A program made the position numbers and the translations under genes. DNA of 64,000 nucleotides, taken from NCBI GenBank assembly GCA_966250015.1, contig CBINFS010000001.1, forward strand, positions 231,309 to 295,308. Reading direction: 5' to 3'. Shown piece after piece: positions 21,051 to 31,357 of the stretch; the stretch's first letter is position 1; every line of letters starts with the position of its first letter. Under the pieces are notes generated by a model, which saw only the letters and a program-made list of their open reading frames with translations, ran no database searches and was not told where the DNA came from. This DNA is from an uncultured bacterium. Lineage in GTDB: Bacteria; Bacteroidota; Rhodothermia; Rhodothermales; DASSAV01.

Positions 21051-22385
21051 ATGCTACGTGTTCTCTTCATCGTTCTTGCTGTTGTAGCGGTGGCGCTCGC
21101 ATTTGTACTCAGGCTCCCCGAGCTCTATATCGCGGCGGGAGTGCTTGTCGTGCTGGCCCTGGTCGTATTGCTCGTTCAAATGAGGAACAGGCACGAAAAA
21201 GATCAGGCGATCTACGGGTCGGGAGGCCGTTCTGCATCGAAGGATAAGCTTACTCCTCGGGAAGAAGAACTGTCGTCGCTGGGTATCATCGACATCCGGC
21301 CGAAGGATAAGTTCGCCACGGCCGTGCCTGCCTCGAATGACGAACCTGCCGAACCCCGGGAGGATGCGTCCTGGCACAGGGAAGAAGAAGCTTTTCAGGG
21401 TGGGAACGACATTCACGTCGTACCGGCGCCGGCGCGCGTCCGTAAAAAGAACTGGTCGGCCGATGCGGATGAGAGTCCTGCGCAGGTAAAGCTCAAGAAA
21501 GACGTCATCGTACCTTTTCTTCAGTCGCTCCTGACGGCCATCGACGCCAACACGGTGTGTGTGTTGAAGCTGGTCGAGGCGCCGCTCAAATACCGGATCG
21601 AGGCCATCGTCAGCAAGAACTCTTACGCGAGAACGCAGGGGTACTTCTCCTTCAAATCGCCGGTTCTTCCTGATTCCAATAGTCAGCATACGGTAACGGT
21701 TTCCCGAGTCGGAGGAGGGGGGGGTGCAACGGATAACCTGGGTTACTACCTCGAGCCCATCGCCGTCCGTCAGATTGCCGTCATGCCGATTCCGGCGACG
21801 CAAAAGGATGCGCAGCACATACTGCTAGCCGATTCCATGGAGGACGACGGGCTCAACTCGGACCGCCAGCGTTTTCTGATCGATCAGTTCGTACACCTTC
21901 TCGCCACCTTGATGGACACCGGCATCGAGGATCGGGCCGGGCAGAGCGTATCGGCGCTGCGTCCACGTCGGGAGATCATCGCTGAAGAGATGAAGCGTGC
22001 CCGCAAAACGGGGCAGTCGCTGGCGCTCGCGCTCGTACACTTGCAACGAGCGGAGCAAGTGGCCGAAAAGGGCGCCACCGTCGTTCGAAAAACGGAGCAA
22101 GCGCTGGAGGCCCGGATCAAAGGTGCGCTCGATGGCGGGCGCGTCGAGCGATTCGGTGAGCTCACCTACGGTGTCCTGTACAACGGGAACGTGTCGGAGG
22201 TAGAACGCTGGGCCCTTGCGCTTCAGCGCGAGCTGGCCGAAGAGACCGGGCTGCTCGAAGGGGGAGTCAGTATCGGCATTGCCATGCTCGACGATCGGCA
22301 CGAAAGTGCAGACGAACTGCGCGCCGACGCCACGGAAGCCTTGCGGGAAGCGTTCGAAACCGGAGCGTGTACAATCATCGAATAG
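21051..22385 (+). CDS. Membrane protein with GAF-like middle region and degenerate GGDEF domain
   Basis: Two N-terminal TM helices. The C-terminal region resembles GGDEF, but the GG(D/E)EF site reads RFGELTYGV, so it is probably catalytically inactive. Confidence 0.5.
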   Translation: MLRVLFIVLAVVAVALAFVLRLPELYIAAGVLVVLALVVLLVQMRNRHEKDQAIYGSGGRSASKDKLTPREEELSSLGIIDIRPKDKFATAVPASNDEPAEPREDASWHREEEAFQGGNDIHVVPAPARVRKKNWSADADESPAQVKLKKDVIVPFLQSLLTAIDANTVCVLKLVEAPLKYRIEAIVSKNSYARTQGYFSFKSPVLPDSNSQHTVTVSRVGGGGGATDNLGYYLEPIAVRQIAVMPIPATQKDAQHILLADSMEDDGLNSDRQRFLIDQFVHLLATLMDTGIEDRAGQSVSALRPRREIIAEEMKRARKTGQSLALALVHLQRAEQVAEKGATVVRKTEQALEARIKGALDGGRVERFGELTYGVLYNGNVSEVERWALALQRELAEETGLLEGGVSIGIAMLDDRHESADELRADATEALREAFETGACTIIE

Positions 22386-22530
22386 GCTTCGAGTTTATTC
22401 GATTCGACGTCCAGATCCCACTTTCTGCTCGGTAGGGGAACCCCTGTGAGAATGCAGGGTGGATTCATTCCATGCTCGTTCCGCCTGTCTTTTTTCTTTC
22501 TGTTGTGGTCGTTCAGCTGGGTTGGTTCCC

Positions 22531-23718
22531 GTGTCAATATTTGTAACGATAGTTCTTGACGGTGTCGGGATCGGTGCTCAACCTGATTCTGGCGATTTTG
22601 GAGACGCAGACAGTCATACGCTTGCCCACATTTGTGAGACCGTTCCGGTACGGCTGCCTCACCTCACCGAGCTGGGTCTCGGTTGTATCGCACCCCTGAA
22701 GGGTGTACCCGCAGTTCCGAATCCCCGTGCCGACTTCGGGAAAATGAAGGAAGTCTCAGCCGGTAAAGACAGCACGACCGGGCACTGGGAGCTCTCGGGA
22801 ATAGTTTTAAAGCGGCCATTTCCAACGTATCCTGACGGGTTTCCGCCCGAGATCGTCGAGGCGTTTTTGGCAGGCACCGGACATCGCGGCGTGCTGGGAA
22901 ACAAGACGGCGTCCGGCACCGAAATCATCGCCGAGCTCGGTGAGGAACACCAACGGACCGGCCTCCCCATCGTTTACACGTCGGTCGACAGCGTATTTCA
23001 GGTGGCAGCGCACGTCGATACGATACCGCTCGACGAGCTTTACCGGATCTGTCAGTTCGCGCGGGATGAAATTTTCACCGGAGACCATGCCGTGGGCCGT
23101 GTAATTGCCCGGCCGTTTACGGGTACGCCGGGGTCCTACAGGCGTTTGTCCGATCAGCGTAAGGATTTTTCCCTGCGTCCTCCTGCGCAACCCGTTCAGG
23201 GAGCCCTTCAGGAGAAACAGGTGCAAACGATAGCCATCGGAAAGATCGGCGAGCTGTTTGGCGGCGTCGGTTTCGATCGCAGCTTCAAGACGCGGTCGAA
23301 CCTTCAGGGAATCAATTGCACGCTGGAACAGATGAAGTCCTCCGCTGCTGAGGGCCGGCCTACATTCATCTGGACCAACCTGGTCGATTTCGATCAGGAG
23401 TACGGCCATCGGAACGATCCCGAAGGGTTTGCCCGGGCGCTGGAAGAGTTCGACCGGGCGCTTCCGGAATTACTGGCACTCGTTCCGGAAGGAGGCCGTC
23501 TGGTGCTCACGGCCGATCACGGCAACGATCCGATCACGCCGAGCACGGACCACAGCCGTGAATACGTACCGCTGCTGGTTTACGGGGGAGGCGGGGGAAG
23601 AAATCTTGGTACACGTGACAGCTTTACGGATCATGCGGCGACCGTGGCTGATTTCTTCGACGTTGCCTTTGACTGCTCGGGTAGATCGTTTCTGCATCCC
23701 GGTACGTCGGGTCAGTGA
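22531..23718 (+). CDS. deoB: Phosphopentomutase
   Basis: N-terminus VSIFVTIVLDGVGIGAQPDSGDFGDADSHTLAHI matches the DeoB metal-binding motif. A GTG start at 22531 is inferred; the track ORF starts further upstream. Confidence 0.85.
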   Translation: MSIFVTIVLDGVGIGAQPDSGDFGDADSHTLAHICETVPVRLPHLTELGLGCIAPLKGVPAVPNPRADFGKMKEVSAGKDSTTGHWELSGIVLKRPFPTYPDGFPPEIVEAFLAGTGHRGVLGNKTASGTEIIAELGEEHQRTGLPIVYTSVDSVFQVAAHVDTIPLDELYRICQFARDEIFTGDHAVGRVIARPFTGTPGSYRRLSDQRKDFSLRPPAQPVQGALQEKQVQTIAIGKIGELFGGVGFDRSFKTRSNLQGINCTLEQMKSSAAEGRPTFIWTNLVDFDQEYGHRNDPEGFARALEEFDRALPELLALVPEGGRLVLTADHGNDPITPSTDHSREYVPLLVYGGGGGRNLGTRDSFTDHAATVADFFDVAFDCSGRSFLHPGTSGQ

Positions 23719-24354
23719 GTGCTTATGCCAGAGGCAATCGATCCGTTGAGCAGCCCCGAAATACCCTCCGGTTGGGAAGAGCTGACCATCCCGCTCTCGG
23801 ACCTGAAGCGGGACGCGCTTCGGTGGACGTTCTATTTTGCGGTGGGATTGTTCGTCCCGTACCTGATCCTGTGGGGCTGGCCGTCATTTCAATTGTCGGG
23901 CCGCGGGTTTGCGCCGCTGTGGCTAGTCTTGCTGTACAGCGTTGCGTTCATCCTGGTCTACGCGATCAGCGCGCTCGCTCACGAGGCGCTGCACGCACTG
24001 GCCATAGTCGTCTTTGCCCGCGTTCCGCTAAGGGAGATCACGTTTCGGGCGAGGCTTCGTGAGGGGATCCTTTACGTCCATACGGCAAGGCCCATGACGG
24101 TTACTGCCTATCGTCTCGTTCTCGCCTTACCTGGAATCGTGCAGGGGGTATTGCCCGCGCTGGCCGGCCTGATGGCGGGAAGCGGCTGGCTGGTTTTTTA
24201 TGGCTTTGTCATGCTGTCTTCCGCCATCGGAGACATTGCGATGCTGCGCCTCATGCGGCCGCTCCGCCGTGATACCCTCGTGGTGGATCACCCTTCCAAG
24301 CTGGGTTGCCTGATCTCGCGCCCTGCCGATCGAAGAAATACAGCTTTTTTGTGA
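23719..24354 (+). CDS. DUF3267-like membrane protein with HExxH motif (putative zincin-like)
   Basis: Multi-TM protein containing HEALH. It abuts the deoB stop codon. Confidence 0.5.
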   Translation: MLMPEAIDPLSSPEIPSGWEELTIPLSDLKRDALRWTFYFAVGLFVPYLILWGWPSFQLSGRGFAPLWLVLLYSVAFILVYAISALAHEALHALAIVVFARVPLREITFRARLREGILYVHTARPMTVTAYRLVLALPGIVQGVLPALAGLMAGSGWLVFYGFVMLSSAIGDIAMLRLMRPLRRDTLVVDHPSKLGCLISRPADRRNTAFL

Positions 24355-24443
24355 AGGCGCTTCCCGCATTTGCCGATGCCTTAGTATACTTTCGGTGCGA
24401 AAGGGCCTGACTGCCGTTTAATGGAAGTACGATCGGTTTTTGA

Positions 24444-25640
24444 ATGAAGCAGTACGACATCGCAATTGTCGGCGGCGGAATCGTCGGCCTGGCGACGGCA
24501 TATCATTTTGCGCTCCATTACCCGGATAAATCCGTGGCCGTGCTGGAGAAGGAGCACGACGTGGCGACACATCAGACCGGCCGCAATTCGGGTGTGATCC
24601 ATTCAGGTATTTACTACCGCCCCGGTTCGTTGAAAGCCTGGAATTGCAGGGAGGGCAATCGCAAGCTCGTCGAATTTTGTGAGCGCGAAGGCGTCCCTTA
24701 TGATGTTTGCGGCAAGGTGATCGTGGCGGTGGACGAACGGGAGCGACCCCGGCTTCGGGCGATTTACGAACGCGGCATCGAGAACGGTATTTCCTGTCGG
24801 ATCATCGGCCGTGAGGAGCTGCAGGAGCTCGAGCCGCATGCCGTCGGGGTTGAAGCGATCCACGTCCCCGATGCGGGCATCGTCGACTTCGTCGGGGTGT
24901 GCCGCCGCTTCGTAGACGTTATCCGAAGGCACGGTCACGATTTGTTGCTGGGGGCTTGCGTCCACGGTATGAGACGCATGAACGGGCTAATGACCGTCGA
25001 ATCGACCGCCGGTGAGGTGCACGCCCGCTACGTCGTCAACTGCGCAGGACTTTATGCCGATCATGTTGCACGGCTAAGCGGCGATAACCCCGACGTTCAG
25101 GTCCTACCCTTCCGCGGTGAGTACTACAAGCTCAAACCTGAGGCGGAGCACTTCTGTCGAAACCTGATCTATCCCGTTCCGGACCCCGCATTCCCGTTTC
25201 TGGGTGTTCACTTCACGCGGATGGTCGGCGGTGGCGTCGAATGTGGGCCAAGCGCCGTACTTGCGTTCGCGCGTGAAGGGTATTCGCTCACCGAGGTCAA
25301 TTGGAAAGAGCTCGGCGAGATCCTTCGTTACCCCGGTTTTCGACGCCTTGCAGCGAAGCACTGGAAAAAGGGCCTTTCCGAGATCTGGCAGTCGATGAGC
25401 AAGCGGGCATTCCTTCGGCAGCTCCAACACCTCGTGCCTTCGATTACAGCGGACGACCTTGAACCGGCTCCGTCGGGCGTCCGGGCGCAGGCCGTTACCC
25501 GTCTCGGGCAAATGGTGGATGACTTCCTTATAACGGAGACCGAAAACGTCGTCAACGTCTGCAACGCAGCCTCCCCCGCGGCGACGGCTTCTCTAAATGT
25601 GGGCAAGCTCGTCGCCGAAACGCTCGCCAAACGCTTTTGA
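24444..25640 (+). CDS. lhgO: L-2-hydroxyglutarate oxidase-like FAD-dependent oxidoreductase
   Basis: N-terminal FAD fold (YDIAIVGGGIVGLATAY) and an LhgO/YgaF-like length and pattern. Confidence 0.8.
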   Translation: MKQYDIAIVGGGIVGLATAYHFALHYPDKSVAVLEKEHDVATHQTGRNSGVIHSGIYYRPGSLKAWNCREGNRKLVEFCEREGVPYDVCGKVIVAVDERERPRLRAIYERGIENGISCRIIGREELQELEPHAVGVEAIHVPDAGIVDFVGVCRRFVDVIRRHGHDLLLGACVHGMRRMNGLMTVESTAGEVHARYVVNCAGLYADHVARLSGDNPDVQVLPFRGEYYKLKPEAEHFCRNLIYPVPDPAFPFLGVHFTRMVGGGVECGPSAVLAFAREGYSLTEVNWKELGEILRYPGFRRLAAKHWKKGLSEIWQSMSKRAFLRQLQHLVPSITADDLEPAPSGVRAQAVTRLGQMVDDFLITETENVVNVCNAASPAATASLNVGKLVAETLAKRF

Positions 25641-25645
25641 CGGGT

Positions 25646-26320
25646 TCAACGTGCGGCACGGCGAAATCTGAAATTCCTTTCCAGCAACCGCCGCACGAGA
25701 CGGTCGAACAGCAGCGAGTCCTCTCCCTTGACGTAGAAATACCCCGCCGTGGAAATGATGAGCGCCCCGATGGTGTTGACGATCAAGTCGCCCATCGTGT
25801 CGTTCAGTCCAGATTTTTGCATGTTCATACCGAAAATCTGGTCCATAGCAAACTCGAAGATTTCCCAGATCACGCCAATCGTCATGGCGAAACTGAACGA
25901 AAAGAGCCCGACGAAGACGGGGGAAAGAAAGATGGTGGCTTTTCGTTCTCGATTCAGAACGTAGACCAGGATGAAACCGGCAAGGCCCATCAGAATACCG
26001 GCGCCGGTGTGAAGTACGAGATCCCACCACCAGAACCGGGTGTAGTACGACCGCATCTCCCCGAGAAACAGAGATGCGAAGATGAAGACGATGGTGAGGA
26101 GGTCGATCTCGATGGGCAGGTAGACCCGGAAGTTCCTCCTGATCATCGCCGGAAGGAACGTCAGGATCAGTATGCCCGTCGAAAGAAAAAGGGTGAGCCA
26201 GCTTCCCTGTACGAGTGAATAAACGATCTGACCGACGAGGATCAGCTGCAATCCGTACGAGATGTACAGCTGGATCCTGTCCGCCCGATCGAGGGAATCA
26301 AACTGAAAGAGGAATCGCAT
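25646..26320 (-). CDS. Integral membrane protein, hypothetical (YjdF/DUF2238-like)
   Basis: A 224-aa ORF with 5-6 predicted TM helices and no catalytic motif. Confidence 0.5.
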   Translation of the reverse strand: MRFLFQFDSLDRADRIQLYISYGLQLILVGQIVYSLVQGSWLTLFLSTGILILTFLPAMIRRNFRVYLPIEIDLLTIVFIFASLFLGEMRSYYTRFWWWDLVLHTGAGILMGLAGFILVYVLNRERKATIFLSPVFVGLFSFSFAMTIGVIWEIFEFAMDQIFGMNMQKSGLNDTMGDLIVNTIGALIISTAGYFYVKGEDSLLFDRLVRRLLERNFRFRRAAR

Positions 26321-26600
26321 TCGGAGTCCGGACTATCTCGAGGTTACTTGTGCTCTTGCCTCTTATACACCCCAGAAGGGTCTGGATGCGTAACAGAGAG
26401 GCATCGTTCTGTTTTTCTCTATTTCGTAACTCAATTCCGGCCTTACCGTAAAGCCGAGCTTCCCGTACCTCGATATTTCGAAAGGTGGACGTATCGTCTA
26501 TTTGTATGGGGTAAACATGGAATTATCTTGGCCAATGATGCACGTCCCGCCGAACGAGCTCGTCAGCGCCCACACGAACCATCACAGAGCGAGGAACGCA

Positions 26601-28136
26601 ATGCGTAAGAGATTGAATCCTGCCTGCATTTTCCTGACCATCTTGTTGCTGTTTTCCAGCCGCACCGGTAACGCGCAGGGGTTGATCGAGCAGTTCGAGC
26701 AAAAGGTCACCGAGTTTACGCTGGATAACGGGCTCGACTTCATCATCATCGAGCGGCACGAGGCTCCGGTGGCGTCCTTCTTCACGTATGCTGACGTGGG
26801 ATCGGTCAACGAGGTCAAAGGAATTACCGGTCTGGCCCACGTGTTCGAGCACATGGCATTCAAGGGTACGACGACCATTGGGACGAAGGATTTACAGGCC
26901 GAGCTGGCAGCCTTGAAAAAGGAAGATGAGGTGTACGATCGACTTCGGCAGGAACGCCAGAAAGGCGTCCTGGCCGATACGGCGTTGATTGCCAGGCTGG
27001 AAGCTGAGTTTGAAGCGGCGGTCAAAGAAGCGCAGGGCCTCGTAAGAAGCAACGAATTTGACGAGATCGTTACTCGAGCGGGCGCCGTCGGGTTGAATGC
27101 CTCGACGAGCTCGGACGCCACACAGTACTACTACAGCCTGCCGTCCAACAAGGCTGAGCTCTGGTTTGCACTCGAAGCCGACCGTTTCACCAACCCGGTT
27201 CTTCGCGAGTTTTACGTGGAGCGCGACGTGGTGATGGAAGAGCGGCGAATGCGCACCGAAAGCAATCCGTTCGGCCGACTTCTCGAAGAATTTCTTTCGA
27301 CGGCATTCAAGGCACATCCGTATGGCGAGCCGGTCGTCGGCCACATGTCGGACCTGCAGACGCTCACGCGAGCCGAAGCCGAGGACTTCTTCAAGAAGTA
27401 TTACGGTCCCCAGAACCTGACGATTGCCATTGCGGGAGACGTGGACCCGGAGGAGATGCGTAAGCTTGCGGAGCAATATTTCGGAAGCTTACCGGCAGGG
27501 GAGAAGCCCGAGTCCGTTGAGACCATCGAGCCGCCCCAGATAGCCGAACGTCGGGTCATTCTCCCGGAAACGTCACAGCCCATCCTCATGGTGGGCTGGC
27601 ACAGAGGAAGTATTCACGACCCCGACGACCTCGTTCACGACGTACTCGGCGACATCCTGTACAATGGGCGTACGAGCAGGTTGTACAAAAGGCTGGTCGA
27701 GGAGGACCAGTTCGTACTCGAAGTTGACGGTTTGAGCAGTTTCCCCGGCAGTAAATACCCGACCCTCTTCCTCATCTACGCCATTCCAAATCAGGGCCGT
27801 TCGCCTGAAGAAGTAGAACAGGCGATCTATCAGGTGCTCGAGGACATCAAAACCAACGGTGTCATGACGGAAGAGCTCGAGCGTGCTCAGGTCCGGCTGC
27901 GTGCGTCCGTGATCCGGCAGCTCGGTTCGAACATGGGGCTGGCAGCCAATTTTGCCTTCTACAAGACCGTAACGGGCGACTGGCGGAACCAGTTTCGCCA
28001 GCTCGACCGCCTCGCCTCGGTCACGGTGGAAGACGTCCAACGCGTTGCCGCCTCCACGTTCGTGCAGCGCAACCGCACGGTAGGTATGGTCAAAACGGAA
28101 GAAACGGAGTCTACCGCTTCGGCGGGCGCTCCCTGA
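26601..28136 (+). CDS. M16 family zinc peptidase (active subunit, HxxEH)
   Basis: Signal peptide plus the inverted zinc-binding motif GLAHVFEHMAFKGT. Confidence 0.88.
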   Translation: MRKRLNPACIFLTILLLFSSRTGNAQGLIEQFEQKVTEFTLDNGLDFIIIERHEAPVASFFTYADVGSVNEVKGITGLAHVFEHMAFKGTTTIGTKDLQAELAALKKEDEVYDRLRQERQKGVLADTALIARLEAEFEAAVKEAQGLVRSNEFDEIVTRAGAVGLNASTSSDATQYYYSLPSNKAELWFALEADRFTNPVLREFYVERDVVMEERRMRTESNPFGRLLEEFLSTAFKAHPYGEPVVGHMSDLQTLTRAEAEDFFKKYYGPQNLTIAIAGDVDPEEMRKLAEQYFGSLPAGEKPESVETIEPPQIAERRVILPETSQPILMVGWHRGSIHDPDDLVHDVLGDILYNGRTSRLYKRLVEEDQFVLEVDGLSSFPGSKYPTLFLIYAIPNQGRSPEEVEQAIYQVLEDIKTNGVMTEELERAQVRLRASVIRQLGSNMGLAANFAFYKTVTGDWRNQFRQLDRLASVTVEDVQRVAASTFVQRNRTVGMVKTEETESTASAGAP

Positions 28137-28180
28137 AATGACTACCACCCCGCTGCCTGTTTGCCACTCTCTAACAGTTT

Positions 28181-30370
28181 TTGACCCAGCTTACCATGCA
28201 AATCCGAACGCTTTTCCTCGCCGTCTTCCTCACGGCCATTCCTGCATTCACGGTGTTGGCTCAGCGGCCGATCGATCAAATCGAGTATCCTCCGCTGAAG
28301 GACTTTGAAGTACCCGAGGCCGAACGCGTCGACCTGCCCAATGGGATGGTTCTGTTTCTCATTGCGGACCCCGAGCTGCCGCTGGTGAACATGTCCGCCC
28401 GGATCGGGACCGGATCGGTGTACGAACCCGCTGACAAGGTCGGGTTGGCTGCCATTACGGGTACGGTGATGCGCACAGGAGGTACGGCGACGAGGACCGG
28501 GGACGAGATCAACGAACAGCTCGAGAGTATGGGGTCGATCGTCGAGACGTCGATCGGAACCGAATCTGGCTCGGCTTACATGTCGGCGCTCAAAGAGTAC
28601 ACGAGGGAGACGCTGGAGCTCTTTGCCGACATTCTGATGAACCCGGCCTTTGCCGAGGACAAGATCCAGATCGCGAAGACGCAGCAGAAATCGATGATAT
28701 CGAGGCGTAACGATGACCCGCAGGATATCGCCTTTCGAGAGTTTGGAGAGGCCATCTTCGGCTCCGACAGCCCGTACGCTCGTTCGCCCGAGTATTACAC
28801 GATCGACGCCATCAGCCGTGATGACCTTTTGGCATTTCACAACCGGTTTTTCGTTCCGAACAACGTCTACCTGAGTGTTTGGGGTGACTTCGAAAAGGAC
28901 GCGATGGTGCAGACGATACGGGAGGCGTTTTCAAGCTGGAAAAAGGACGATGATTTCGTCCGCCCAACCTTGCCTCCGCTTCCACCAGCAACGGAGGCGG
29001 GCGTCTATTTCATCCCTAAAGAGGACGTCAATCAGAGCACCATTCTCATTGGCCACGTAGGCGAGCTTCGCCAGGATCACGAGGATTACCCGGAGGTCCA
29101 ATTGATGAACGACGTGCTCAGCGGCGGTTTTGCAGGCCGGCTGATGCGAAACGTGCGGTCGGATCAGGGGCTCGCGTATGCAGTGTTCGGGGCTTATACG
29201 GCGGAATACGATCACCCCGGACTGTTTTATTCGGGCGTTCTCTCGAAGAGTGAAAGCACCGTGAGGGCTACCCGGTCAGTTCTCGAGCAAATCGAGAGCA
29301 TGCAGACCGTACCGCCGACTGAGGACGAGCTTGCCCTTGCCAGAGAGGCATTCCTCAATTCTTTCGTCTTCAATTACGATACGAAGAGTGAGATCGTACA
29401 GCGTATGATGACGCTGGCATATTACGGCTACCCGCTCGATTTCCTGGAAAAGACGAGAGAAGAGATCGAGCAGGCTACTGCAGACGACGTGGTACGCGTT
29501 GCAAACCGGTATCTCAAGCCCGACCAATCGAAGATTCTGGTCGTGGGAAGGGCAGAGGATTTCGACGAACCGCTTTCGGCCCTGGGCGCCGTTCAGGAAA
29601 TCGACATCACCATTCCGACACGTCCCCCTGGAGAGGCGGCGCCACAAGTCTCATCGGAATCCATGACGGAAGGGAAGGAGCTTCTCAATCGCATGATTGC
29701 TGCGTTGGGAGGATCTGAAGCTTTCTCCAGGATCAGCAACATGAAGATCAACGGGGCCCAGCGTGCAAACACGCCGGCTGGAGAGTTCCAAATGGAGAGT
29801 GCTGTGACGGTGGATTTGCCCGATCCTGGAGCGGAGATCGAACGGATGATGGCCGGTTCGGGCCGGCTGCTCATTAATCAGTCGACACCGGGCGGAGCAT
29901 TTGTCATTGTACTGGACGGTGAACAGGCCGTCGTCAAAGGCCCGCAGGGCACTCAGTCTCTACCCGAACCGCTCAGGCAGCAGATCAAGGATGAGCTTTG
30001 GCGCGACATCACCTATCTCGCACGTTTCGCCGACCATCCCGACCTCCAGGCACATGCTTTGGGTACGGAAGAGTTTGATGGAAGCCCGCGCCAGGCGCTT
30101 CGAATCACGCCCGGCTCGGGAAGCCCGTTTACGCTTTTCCTCGATCCTGAATCCAATCTGCCCTCGGGTCTTCGGTACGAATCAATCGATCCAACGAGCG
30201 GCGCCCCGGTGGCGTCCGAAGACCGATTTGACGACTTCAGACAGGTGGGGGACATCCTTCTTCCTCACAGGATAGTCACGTATCGCGATGGGGAAATCTC
30301 GCTCGAGACCACGCTCACGAGCGTACAATTCAACACCGAGGTAGACGATAGCCTATTCGACGTTCAGTAG
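28181..30370 (+). CDS. M16 family peptidase-like protein lacking HxxEH (non-catalytic partner) with ~250-aa C-terminal extension
   Basis: M16 fold, but GLAAITGTVMRTGGT replaces HxxEH. A terminator follows at 30398-30433. Confidence 0.8.
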   Translation: MTQLTMQIRTLFLAVFLTAIPAFTVLAQRPIDQIEYPPLKDFEVPEAERVDLPNGMVLFLIADPELPLVNMSARIGTGSVYEPADKVGLAAITGTVMRTGGTATRTGDEINEQLESMGSIVETSIGTESGSAYMSALKEYTRETLELFADILMNPAFAEDKIQIAKTQQKSMISRRNDDPQDIAFREFGEAIFGSDSPYARSPEYYTIDAISRDDLLAFHNRFFVPNNVYLSVWGDFEKDAMVQTIREAFSSWKKDDDFVRPTLPPLPPATEAGVYFIPKEDVNQSTILIGHVGELRQDHEDYPEVQLMNDVLSGGFAGRLMRNVRSDQGLAYAVFGAYTAEYDHPGLFYSGVLSKSESTVRATRSVLEQIESMQTVPPTEDELALAREAFLNSFVFNYDTKSEIVQRMMTLAYYGYPLDFLEKTREEIEQATADDVVRVANRYLKPDQSKILVVGRAEDFDEPLSALGAVQEIDITIPTRPPGEAAPQVSSESMTEGKELLNRMIAALGGSEAFSRISNMKINGAQRANTPAGEFQMESAVTVDLPDPGAEIERMMAGSGRLLINQSTPGGAFVIVLDGEQAVVKGPQGTQSLPEPLRQQIKDELWRDITYLARFADHPDLQAHALGTEEFDGSPRQALRITPGSGSPFTLFLDPESNLPSGLRYESIDPTSGAPVASEDRFDDFRQVGDILLPHRIVTYRDGEISLETTLTSVQFNTEVDDSLFDVQ

Positions 30371-30397
30371 TTCGCAGAGGCAAAAAATCGTGGCCAG

Positions 30398-30433
30398 GGC
30401 CTGCCGGAGACGGGTACTCCGGCAGGCCTTTTT
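30398..30433 (+). terminator. Rho-independent terminator after the M16 peptidase pair
   Basis: GGCCTGCCGGAG-acgggta-CTCCGGCAGGCC followed by TTTTT. Confidence 0.8.
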
Positions 30434-30565
30434 CGTCTCCGCAAAAGCGCCTTTTTTACCCCGAAAACCACGTTTTTTACGGTTCATTTTCTTTTTTCGT
30501 CTATGACATAAAGGTGTCACAGGCGATTTTTATCATATAAGAAAATCAGAACGTGAAGCGGGGGA

Positions 30566-31288
30566 TTGGTCATGGAAAAGGCAGCACTTTCGACGAATGC
30601 AAGGATCTTCTCGGCTCGTGGTTATCGGGAAACGGCGCCGATACTCGTAGAGCCGACTTTGTTCTACAACCCGCCCTACGAGCATCCTCTGGAGGACGAA
30701 TTTGCTTGGCATCTGGTGAAATATCTGGATCCCAAATCCGCTCTCGGATACCAGGTGAAATTCGACACGCCGGTGGCAAACCTTTGGGTGGACTTTGTGG
30801 TCGAGATTGGAGCTCGTCGGATTGGATTCGAATGCAGTACGTTTTACGAAGACGAAAACGAGCTCGCGCTTCGGGATGCCTTGCTCGTCGGGTCGGGCGC
30901 TCTCCACACGTTGTATCGTCTGCGGGGCGTCGACGTGATGTACCGGCTGCACGACGTGCTCTACTTGATCTCGCAGATCGATCGTACGTTGTTTAGTGCG
31001 AGGGGCAGGATCAACCTCGAGACGCTGGCGTCCGCGGAAGCACACGAGTGCAGGGTGGATCCCGACTCATCCAGCCTGAGCATCGTATACCGGCCGGTCG
31101 AGGACGAAGACGAAATCGACGGCGAAGCGTTCAGCTGGCCGAGCCTGGGAGGAGAGGAAAGCACGCTCTATCTGCGCCGGCTGGATCACAGACTGCCCGA
31201 CTCCTGGGTCAGGGATTACTACCGGGCGCTCGCCTATTTCGACAACTCGGTCGACCGGATGAGCGAGCAGTGGGCAAAGACTGCCTGA
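30566..31288 (+). CDS. Hypothetical protein (no family recognised; weak VDFVVEIG motif reminiscent of DUF559/PD-(D/E)xK nucleases)
   Basis: A 240-aa ORF with coding composition, bracketed by strong terminators. It has an AT-rich promoter region upstream. Confidence 0.5.
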   Translation: MVMEKAALSTNARIFSARGYRETAPILVEPTLFYNPPYEHPLEDEFAWHLVKYLDPKSALGYQVKFDTPVANLWVDFVVEIGARRIGFECSTFYEDENELALRDALLVGSGALHTLYRLRGVDVMYRLHDVLYLISQIDRTLFSARGRINLETLASAEAHECRVDPDSSSLSIVYRPVEDEDEIDGEAFSWPSLGGEESTLYLRRLDHRLPDSWVRDYYRALAYFDNSVDRMSEQWAKTA

Positions 31289-31298
31289 AATGCCAAAT

Positions 31299-31346
31299 AA
31301 AACGCAGGTTACCGGCGAACGACTGTGCACCGGTAACCTGCGTTTT
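31299..31346. terminator. Bidirectional terminator between convergent genes
   Basis: Perfect 17-bp stem AAAACGCAGGTTACCGG/CCGGTAACCTGCGTTTT with a 14-nt loop, plus A/T runs. Confidence 0.85.
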
Positions 31347-31357
31347 ATGTATACGGA

